DNA of 33,988 nt from Candidatus Thorarchaeota archaeon (GTDB lineage: Archaea; Asgardarchaeota; Thorarchaeia; Thorarchaeales; Thorarchaeaceae). This document shows positions 1 to 9,000 of the stretch, in pieces (position 1 is the stretch's first letter; each line of letters begins with the position of its first letter). Position numbers and translations under genes: made by a program. The DNA lies in contig JAEORO010000121.1 in NCBI GenBank assembly GCA_016840855.1, forward strand, positions 1 to 33,988, written 5' to 3'. The notes beneath the pieces are model-generated. The model made no database searches and was not told the DNA's origin. It saw only the letters and a program-made list of their open reading frames with translations.

Positions 1-387
1 TCGTACACCATCTACTTTGGATGACAAACCAGGGCTGATTAGAAGAGCTTCGGGAGCAACCTTTCTAATCAGATTCTCCATTCCTTTGACACCTCTCGAT
101 TGTTTGCCCAACATGTATGTACCAAATGAGGAAACAACCTTCCCGTTTAGTCCTATGCGAGATGCAATTTTGATAGCATTCAGAGAACCTCGAGTCGCTC
201 TGAATGCTCGAGTAGGACCGCCAAAAAGAACAGCATCATATTTTGAGAGATCCTCTGAATCCAATCCATTTCCATTCACGACCTTTGTGGTGATTTCTCC
301 TATTTCTTGGATTGCTGCAGCTATCTCAAGTGCGAGTTTCCTTGTATTTCCAAACTGCGTATCATATATGATTAGTACTCTCTTCAT
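1..387 (-). CDS. Flavodoxin-family protein, 3' end runs off the window (not in the ORF track)
   Basis: Manual translation from ATG at 387 gives MKRVLIIYDTQFGNTRKLALEIAAAIQE...YDAVLFGGPT, with the flavodoxin FMN phosphate-binding loop (T-x-x-G-N-T) and G-x-P-T motif. GGGGAG lies upstream and the frame is open to base 1. Confidence 0.85.
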   Translation of the reverse strand, partial: MKRVLIIYDTQFGNTRKLALEIAAAIQEIGEITTKVVNGNGLDSEDLSKYDAVLFGGPTRAFRATRGSLNAIKIASRIGLNGKVVSSFGTYMLGKQSRGVKGMENLIRKVAPEALLISPGLSSKVDGVR

Positions 388-546
388 TGTGTATCATCTC
401 CCCCTATGTGTTAGAAAACATAGGTGGCGCGTGTCCAGTTTTTAATTTGAAAGAATTTAAACGTTTGGCACTAATATAACGTTTGGCTTTTACCAAACAA
501 TTTATAAGGTTTCTATGGGCAATATAAAACACGCGCCACCACGAAG

Positions 547-1755
547 TTGAGTAGTAAGATGATAACAACAGTAAAGGAGCACGCAAATGGGATATCATCC
601 CCCAGACAAATGAAGAAGGTCCTTGATGGACTTGATCCCAACATGTCCCGTCTATTTGTCCCTTGGGTATTTCGTAATCCTAGATACATTCGAGCAGGAA
701 TAAGACTCGCCCGGTCTTACAAGAAGACTGAGAAGCTTAGAAGAGATGCCAAGAAATCTGGTCTAAGTGTACCTCCCTTTCTGATCCTCAGTATCACCTC
801 TAGATGCAACCTGAGCTGTGCTGGTTGTTACGCTGCAGCTGTTGGTACACTTGATAAAACCCCACGTGCTAATTGTTCTGAATCTAGATCGACACTTGAC
901 TGGAATCAGTGGTACGACATCATTAAGGATGCAAGTGAGATGGGTGTCTTTGGTTTCATTATTGCTGGAGGCGAACCATTTCTTTTCCGTGGATTACTTC
1001 AGTTGTGTGAGTCCTTCAAAGATAGATTCTTCATCATCCTGACCAATGGAACTGCTGTTACTGGCAGTGACTATGAAATTCTACGATCAACCAAGAATGT
1101 TGCTGTGATTGTTAGCGTTGAGGGCACCGAAGAAGCGACTGATGCACGAAGAGGTCGAGGTGTTCACAAACAGGCTATTGATACGTTAAGGCACTTGAAG
1201 TCTATTGGTGTTCCAACTGGTATCTCAGTAACGATTACTAATGAGAACTACAGATTTTGGATGCAGAACGATAATCTGGATAACTATGTGAAACTTGGTG
1301 TACTGGTAGGTGTCTTCATCGAGTATATTCCTATAATGACTGAAAACCTCGCCGGAGATGCCAGCGGATCCTACGATAGGTCTCTGATGCTGACACCTCA
1401 AGAGCGTGAGGAATTTCGTTCGAGGATTCTTGAATACCGCAGAAAGAATTCACTCTATGTCATTCACTCACCTGGAGATGAGGACTACTTTGGTGGATGT
1501 GTTTCCGCTGGTCGTGGGTTTGCACATGTCACACCCACTGGGGACCTCACTGCGTGTCCAGTTTCGAACTTAGCAACACATAATCTCTCATCCTCCTCAT
1601 TCAGAGATGGTCTAGCAAGTCCGTTGTTCACAGCTATTCGAGATAATGAGAATCTTCTAACAAATGAGGACACCCCCTGCGCCCTCTTTGGTCATCCTGT
1701 TGAGGTTCAGGAAATCGCTAGAGCAGTTGGCGCATATGCCACCGACGAAGTATGA
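547..1755 (+). CDS. Radical SAM protein with C-terminal SPASM/twitch-type Fe-S region
   Basis: CNLSCAGC (CxxxCxxC), GGEP, TNG, and a C-terminal C-x-S-A-G...G-D-L-T-A-C-P motif. Start uncertain (TTG 547, ATG 559 or ATG 610). Confidence 0.9.
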   Translation: MSSKMITTVKEHANGISSPRQMKKVLDGLDPNMSRLFVPWVFRNPRYIRAGIRLARSYKKTEKLRRDAKKSGLSVPPFLILSITSRCNLSCAGCYAAAVGTLDKTPRANCSESRSTLDWNQWYDIIKDASEMGVFGFIIAGGEPFLFRGLLQLCESFKDRFFIILTNGTAVTGSDYEILRSTKNVAVIVSVEGTEEATDARRGRGVHKQAIDTLRHLKSIGVPTGISVTITNENYRFWMQNDNLDNYVKLGVLVGVFIEYIPIMTENLAGDASGSYDRSLMLTPQEREEFRSRILEYRRKNSLYVIHSPGDEDYFGGCVSAGRGFAHVTPTGDLTACPVSNLATHNLSSSSFRDGLASPLFTAIRDNENLLTNEDTPCALFGHPVEVQEIARAVGAYATDEV

Positions 1756-1798
1756 GTCTAGCCCCACGTTCTCCTGAGGCCTGTCAGGTATCTTCACC

Positions 1799-1815
1799 AC
1801 AATCCTCACTGGTTT
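1799..1815 (-). repeat. Degenerate copy 3 of a 17-bp repeat encoding KPVRIV
   Basis: + strand acaatcctcactggttt, 15/17 identical to the copies at 2348 and 2741; both differences are synonymous in the KPVRIV frame. Confidence 0.75.
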
Positions 1816-1929
1816 CCGGGTCGCTAGTCTGAATAGCCTTTCACAAGAATTGCAATACAATCTACCAAAAATGTGCATCATCTTTATTTATCTTCGAGAA
1901 AAGTAAAATTGTAAGGGGAATTTCATAAG

Positions 1930-2328
1930 TTGTCTAAAGGTCAAGATAATACATCACTCACCATAATAAGAAGTACACATCTCGCTCGAGATGCAGTCCT
2001 TTTCAGTTTGGTTGGTGTTTTTTCAATGGTTTACTATCCTGAAACAATGGACACAAACATAATGTTGCTGTGGCTTTTGCTTGATCTTATAGGACTCGTT
2101 CTTTTCTGGATTCCAAAAGAACTGGCGCGGCAAATTGGATTTGCCTGGGCTATCATGATGAGCCTTGCTCTGTTCTTCCCTGTCTTTACATACTTTGGTA
2201 TGGGATACTTTGTGGGTGGCCTCGTCATGATTCTTTTGTTGTGCATTATTGAATTACTTGTGCTAATCAAGATTGGCTATGATATTTTCATCAAGGAAGT
2301 CCATTCGTGGACAAATGATACTAAGTGA
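1930..2328 (+). CDS. Small hypothetical membrane protein (about 4 TM)
   Basis: 132-aa ORF with four hydrophobic stretches; TTG start preceded by AAGGGG. Confidence 0.7.
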   Translation: MSKGQDNTSLTIIRSTHLARDAVLFSLVGVFSMVYYPETMDTNIMLLWLLLDLIGLVLFWIPKELARQIGFAWAIMMSLALFFPVFTYFGMGYFVGGLVMILLLCIIELLVLIKIGYDIFIKEVHSWTNDTK

Positions 2329-2347
2329 GACATCGATTTGTTATTCC

Positions 2348-2364
2348 ACAATCCTGACTGGCTT
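2348..2364 (-). repeat. Copy 2 of the 17-bp repeat (reads MKPVRIVE* on the minus strand)
   Basis: + strand acaatcctgactggctt, identical to 2741-2757, with a stop codon at the same relative position as in copy 1. Confidence 0.85.
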
Positions 2365-2378
2365 CATGTCTTTCGTAA

Positions 2379-2657
2379 CTATCGAGTTATGAGATAGTAA
2401 ATGACAGCTATGACGGCTGGGACAAGTAGAATCGCTAGAACCACAGGATATGCTTCTCTATCGAGGGACATGAAATATCCAGCAGTACCAATGATTCCTC
2501 CAACAATCATAGCACCCACCACTAGAAAAATGAAGGCTGGTTGGAGTTCCAAAGGTATGAAATTGGTCAAAGCGGCTATGGTCAAGACTGCCATACAGAC
2601 AAAGACTGTCCAAAGTCCCCAAGCGAAAGCTGGATGATAGCTTCTGCCATATTTCAA
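2379..2657 (-). CDS. Small hypothetical membrane protein (about 3 TM)
   Basis: 92-aa ORF with three hydrophobic segments; TTG start preceded by AGGCGG. Confidence 0.7.
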   Translation of the reverse strand: MKYGRSYHPAFAWGLWTVFVCMAVLTIAALTNFIPLELQPAFIFLVVGAMIVGGIIGTAGYFMSLDREAYPVVLAILLVPAVIAVIYYLITR

Positions 2658-2733
2658 ATCTCAAATCCGCCGCCTACTGATTCTACCCACTACTAATGGT
2701 GGTGTCGAGTCTTGAATCTTGCGTTTTCTCTTT

Positions 2734-3090
2734 CTAAGCTACAATCCTGACTGGCTTTAGGTTCACAACCTTGTGCTCATCCTCGATGCTGTCATACTCA
2801 ACCATGCCCACGAGCTCGCCCTCAGCACCAGGCTGCAGTTCGAACTCGATCTGCGCTATCGAAACGGTGTCTGGCTCTACTGTGCCAAGGTTCTGTGTCT
2901 TAATCTGATCAGTCAAATCAGGCACGCCAAGTATCACCTGCACATTGTGCATAGCATTCTTAGCTCCATTCCGTACAACCACGCCAAAGATGACTCGACC
3001 ATCACGGATCTTGTATTCAACTGCGATGTCCATACCCGGCTCAAGCCCCAGGCTCGCGGGCTCTGCTGTGGTCACAAACTCCTTTACCAT
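2734..3090 (-). CDS. Ig-like beta-sandwich protein (adaptin-ear/GAE- or CARDB-like); possibly the split-off cytoplasmic domain of the upstream giant protein
   Basis: Alternating beta-strand pattern VIFGVVVRNG...MHNVQVILGVP...LGTVEP...IEFELQP...GMVEY. In frame with 3094..9567 across a single TAG. Confidence 0.7.
   Translation of the reverse strand: MVKEFVTTAEPASLGLEPGMDIAVEYKIRDGRVIFGVVVRNGAKNAMHNVQVILGVPDLTDQIKTQNLGTVEPDTVSIAQIEFELQPGAEGELVGMVEYDSIEDEHKVVNLKPVRIVA
2741..2757 (-). repeat. Copy 1 of the 17-bp repeat, forming the last codons (KPVRIV) of the 118-aa ORF
   Basis: + strand acaatcctgactggctt. Confidence 0.85.
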
Positions 3091-3093
3091 CCG

Positions 3094-6000
3094 CTAGTCA
3101 CGGTAACGTTTCACTCCGACAGCTCCCACAAACGCAAGCGCAATGAGTCCGGCAACTGGGAATATCCAGTGAATGGTTGGTAGGAAGTCTTGGCCATCTG
3201 GTATGCCATCGCCATCGGTGTCTCTGTTGTTGGGATCAGTTCCCAGAACCACAACCTCTGTGTAGTCGTCGAGACCATCCCCATCACTATCTGCTTCTCT
3301 AGGATTAGTATGGTACGTGTGCACTTCTACTCCATCAATCAGGAGATCAAAATCGGTGTCGTTGTTCATCGGCTGAGTGAAGTATGCTGTCTTCTCTTGA
3401 TAGTCGTTAAGCCCATCTGAATCGCTATCTGAGATGGTAGGGTCAGAGTACGGGGTCTCGAAAAGCTCCCTATAGTCACTCAACCCATCAAAGTCCATAT
3501 CATCTTCTAGGGGGTCTGTAGCAATGCCTAGTGGGTTGATGCCCCAAACTTCATCATAGTCGCTGATGCGATCCTCGTCAGTATCCTCCTCAAGTGGATC
3601 TGTGTCATAGACCATCACCTCTTCGAAGTCACTGAGCCCATCAAAGTCACTATCCGGTAACAACGGATCTGTGTCATAGATCAGGTACTCCTCTCCGTCT
3701 GTCAACATGTCAAAATCAGTGTCAGAACCATTGATGTTCGTACCCAGTATAATTTCAAGTCCATCAATGAGGTCATCGTTATCAAAGTCTGGATCGTTAG
3801 GTAGAGTGTGCCAGACTCTCAACTCAACCCAGTTTGTGAGGCCATCTGAGTCACTATCCCAATCTCTATCAAGTGTACCAGGATGAGTCATGTTGGTCGT
3901 CGGGTCCGTTCCAGTCAGGATGACTTCTTCATAATCGCTCAACCAATCTGAATCAGTGTCATTGGAGTCTGGTAGTGTGTGCCATGTGTTTACCTCGGGA
4001 CCGTCCTCTAAACCATCTCCATCACTGTCTTTGTTGAGTGGGTTCGTTCCCCAGTCTTCAACCTCTTCATTATCATAGAGACCATCTCGGTCAGTGTCTC
4101 TGTTCCTCGGGTCTGTTCCATAGATCTTGCACTCTTCTCCATTTGATAGCGTGTCACCATCTTCATCATCATTGTAGTCTGAGATTCCGTTATCATTACT
4201 GTCAGGGTCTCTCGGGTCCGTCTTTGTCAGAACGCACTCCCAATAATTAGTGAGTAGGTCTCTATCCTCATCGTCAGCGCCATCGTTCTTGCCATCAGAG
4301 TCAGTGTCGAACATTCTTGGGTCTGTCTTGGTGAGTCGAATCTCCTGCTGGTTCGTTAGAAGGTCCCCATCTATGTCCCAGTCTGCATCTGATATGTTAT
4401 TGCCCTGAGTACTGTAGAGGGTTGGGTCTGTGTTGGTCATATTCACCTCTTCGAAATCTGTCAGTGAATCTTTGTCTGTATCACTAACTCGTGGATTTGT
4501 ATACACCCATCTGCTGCTCACTACACCACTGATATTGAAGGTCATGTAGAAGCCGTTTATCTCCTGTCCATCCAGAAGTTTGTCATTGTCTGTATCTTCT
4601 CGCAGAGGTGAAGTGTTGTAGATATTCAGCTCGGCTCCATCTCCGAGAGAGTCACCATCTGTGTCAAAGAGCAATGGATCTGTTTCGAAGACCTTGATTT
4701 CATCATAATCGGTAAGGTTGTCTGAATCTGTATCTGTATTATTCAGGAGAGTGTGCCATGTGAGCGCTTCTTCTGAGTCTTCTAGTCCATCATTATCGGT
4801 GTCCCTGTCATTGGGGTCACTTGACCAGTAGAATAGCTCGTCCCAGTCTCCGAGACCATCATCATCACTATCGAATTTGGTAGGTGATGTTTCCCAGACA
4901 AAGATTTCAGCATAATCACTGAGTAAGTCTAGGTCTGTGTCAACCATTGTACAGTTGGTTTCATAGAGATAGATCTCATCATAGTTGTTGAGTCCGTCTG
5001 CGTCTTGGTCATCTAGGTCATCAGGGATTGTGTCACCGTCTGTATCAAGCATAAGTGGATCTGTATGACTGTTGAACAGCTCGTCTGCATCAGCTATGTT
5101 ATCTGAATCAGTGTCATCATTGATTGGCGAGGTCTTGTAGATGTTCACCTCATCTCCATCACTAATGGTGTCAAAGTCTGTATCCCAGTTCTCCCAGTCA
5201 GTTCCATTCTCTAATTCCTCAGCATCATTTAATCCATCTTGATCTTTGTCGGCTTGAGTTGGATCCGTGTCATAGAGAATCCATTCCTCCCAGTCTGAGA
5301 GTGTATCTCCATCAGTATCATTTAGCAGTGGATCTGTTCCAATGTCTAATTCCAGTTTATCACTAAGGAGGTCGTCATCTGTGTCAATCGAGTTTGGGTT
5401 AGTCCCGTACGTGTTCCATTCATCACCATCGGACAACGTATCTCCATCACTGTCCCATGATGTTGGTGATGTTATTGAGAAGTATACCTCAAAGTAGTCA
5501 TCGAGTCCATCAGAATCGCTATCTGTGCCACTTGGGTCTGTGTGATAGATCCAGTACTCAACATAGTCACTTAGTTGGTCATTATCGCTATCTTGATCGG
5601 TAGGTGATGTGCCTGACACATACACCTCAAAACCATCTTTTAGCCCATCCAAATCGGTGTCCGGGGCTGTAACGTTTGAGTGGTAACCGTATATCTCCAA
5701 TGCGTTAGACAGACCGTCAGCATCATGGTCAAGTTGTCCATCAAGTGTGCCATTTCCATAAGTTGATGCCAGTAATGGGTTTGTTCCTAGAAGCTTTACC
5801 TCGACATAATCGTCCAGTTGATCTCCATCTGTGTCTTGTATGTTGATGTTAGTCCCATAGAACAACTCATCATCATCTCGAAGTCCATCACCATCACTAT
5901 CGCTCGAGAGCGGGTCAGAGAAGTAGACGAGAACCTCATACCCATCTCCAATATTGTCGTTGTCGCTATCAAAATCTCCGGGGTTTGTTTCGTAAACATC

Positions 6001-9000
6001 GATCTCATCGCCATTAGACAGTAAATCATTATCACTGTCAATCTGATAGTCTGTGTGTGTGGCATTGTACCACATGTTGTTCGGATTGGTGTGAGTAAGC
6101 TCGACTTCAACGTAATCTGAAAGTAGGTCTGAATCGGAGTCTGCCTTTAGAGGATTAGTACCATAGTCGTTCACTTCCTCTCCATCTAGGAGTTCATCTC
6201 CGTCAGTATCGTCCTTTAACGGGTTAGTGCCATAGAGGTACTCTTCACCATCTTCTAATCCATCAGAATCGCTGTCTGGCTCAAATGGCGAGGTTTCGCC
6301 TATATTTACAACGCCATTCGCATTGACATCCTCTCCGCGTTCTCCCAAGAGCGGTTCATAGATGCCATTGTGATTTGTGTCGTTCCAACCATCATACAAA
6401 CCGTCGTTATCACTATCTGGGTCTGTAGCATTAAGACCGACATCAATCTCCAGACCATCTCTAAGTCTATCTCCGTCTGTGTCCCAAAGGGTGACGTTGG
6501 TACCATAGGTCCTCAGTTCCTCAAGGTTCGTGAGACCGTCGTTATCTTGGTCATCCTGTCCATCGAGGATTCCGTCATCGTCGTCGTCGCTATCTGTGGG
6601 GTCAGTGTAGGTGTAGAGTACTTCTTCTCCATCAGTAAGCTGGTCTGAATCAGTATCAGCTGCTAGTGGGTCGCAGTCATTGAGGAACTCCTCTAAATTG
6701 TTCAGTTTGTCATTATCAGGGTCTTCCTCCCAGTCGTAAGTTCCGTTATCGTTCGTATCGTTATACAAGGGGTCAGTACCTGTCATCTCAACTTCGAACC
6801 AGTTGGGGAGGAGGTCCGCATCCTCATCGTCATTATAATCAGAGATGCCATTATCGTTACTGTCTGTATCATTGTAAATGGTATGTGTGATATACAGCTC
6901 TATCCCATTGCTAAGCCCATCGCCATCATCGTCCTCATCATAATCTGAAATACCATTATCGTTACTGTCCTCGTCGTTAGGATCGGTGCCCAGGATGGAA
7001 TATTCATCACCATCCTTAACATTGTCTCCATCAGTGTCTGGATTTCTGGGATGTGTGAATGTCACGTTCAACTCTTCAAAATTAGTTAGTCCATCGAGGT
7101 CGCTATCCTCGAGATCATCAGTAAGAGCTGATCCTCCAGAGTCTTTTAATGTAGGATTAGTCCGTGTCAAGTAAATCTCTTGATAGTTAGTAAGGGTATC
7201 ATTATCATAATCCCAGTTTCCATCCAATACTGTAGCGTTGAAAGTATGCGGATTTGTAGCATTCCAGAAGTACGGAGCACCTCTATACTTGACTTCATCT
7301 GGATCAAGAATCAAGTCAAAATCAGAGTCAACTAAAGTGGCGTTTGTTTTGTATGTAAAGACTTCCAAACCATCTCCCAGAGTATCTCCATCCGTATCAC
7401 TTTTCGTCACATTTGTGAAATAGACATAGCACTCCAAATAGTCATTCAGATTATCAAGGTCTGTGTCAGCAGAGTTCGGGTCAGAGCCCCAGTAATTGAC
7501 CTCGAGTCCATCTGTGATATTATCAAAATCTGTGTCATTATTTAGAGGGTCAGTGAAGTACGTGTTTACTTCTGCGCCATCATTCAAATCATCATCATCG
7601 CTATCGCTGTCTGACACACTAGTACCATACACGACATATTCGTCATAATCTGAAAGCCCGTCTCCATCTCCATCAGCTTTGAGAGGATTGGAGTGTACAA
7701 TCATGACTTCCTCATAATCAGTCAATGAGTCTCCGTCTGTGTCTTCATTGAGCGGCGAGGTCTTGCTGATTTTTACCTCATATCCATCGCTCAATAGGTC
7801 GTCATCGCTATCTGGGTCATAGACACCAGTTCCGAGCTGAATCTCTTTCCAGTTTGCGAGGTTGTCCCCATCCTGGTCATCATAGTAATCTGAAATACCG
7901 TTCCCATTTGTGTCCACATCATTAGGGTCTGTCTTAGTAATTCGCACCTCTTGGATATTAGTGAGCCCGTCCCCATCGTTATCATCCTGCGCGTCATTGA
8001 TATCATCAGAATCGCTGTCTGGGTCAGTTGGTAGAGTCAGGGTGACGTTGTTTTCCTCATAGTCTGTTAGTGAGTCCCCGTCTGTGTCTGCCTGATTCGG
8101 ATTGGTGCCAAGATATATCTCCTGCCAGTCTGTGAGTTTATCATTATCTGAGTCTTTTGCATTGGGGTTGGTTCCAAATGTAATGACCTCTGCGAAGTCA
8201 GATAGCTTGTCTCCATCTGAGTCCACCTTGAGAGGATTTGTACCATAGGTCAATACCTCTTGTCCATCATTCAGATTGTCGTTATCAGAATCGGGGTCGT
8301 TATACAACGTGCCCTCCATGACAATCTCACGCGCATCTGCAAGACCATCTTTGTCATAGTCTCGCCCGTACACGGAAACACCTCCTATGTTGGTGCCAAA
8401 TGCATACTCCTGACCTCCGAAATTGTCGAGGTCTCCAATGGCTAAAGCACCTGCGAACCCGTTTGCAGTGAGCTGATTGACTCTCCATCCTGTGGAGTTG
8501 TATATCGTTAGGGTGTTGGGTGTCCCAACAAGGACCTGTGCATTAGGCGGCGTATCTCCGATGTCGGGGAACCTTATATCATTGGGTTGCCCACCCATGG
8601 TCTTGTTCCATGCTAATACGCCAGAGGAAGAATATACCCTCAGTTGATTTGACGCAGTGCCCAGAGCAAATTCGTGCTCCCCACCCGCCACAAGATCTCC
8701 AACCCTGAGGGCAGAGATACTGCTACCAAGCTCGAGTTTGAACTCAAGACTCCCAGTGTCAGACCAGACATTGAGAGTACCATTAGTGTTCCCGTACAGC
8801 ATTTCCCAGTTCGATGTGAACGAGAGGTTTCCCATAGCAACGACCCTAATTGCTGTAGGACTCGTCTTCTCGAACACAATTGTGCCTGTGTCTTGTAAGA
8901 GAGTGAACCGCCTTCCATCAGAGGCCACTACAAACTCAGTTCGAGAGTCTGCGTCTATGTCCGCACCGGAAATCAATCGTACCTTGCCATTGCTCAGGTA

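Noticed and set aside
17-445. 142-aa plus-strand ORF
   Set aside because: It is the antisense shadow of the minus-strand flavodoxin, which has clear motifs.
1657-1881. 74-aa minus-strand ORF with CNSC as a real zinc-finger gene
   Set aside because: It has only one CxxC, overlaps the radical SAM 3' end by 99 nt, and is better explained as a decayed copy of the operon's 3' end.
1799-2757. The three 17-bp repeats as a CRISPR array
   Set aside because: The repeats are too short, the intervals are hundreds of bp and contain genes, and no cas genes are present.
3180-8365. The repeat array as RTX repeats (type I secretion substrate) or a diversity-generating retroelement target
   Set aside because: The units are DxDxDG/TDP type rather than GGxGxDxL, the protein has a signal peptide and TM anchor, and no reverse transcriptase or near-identical template/variable repeat pair was seen.
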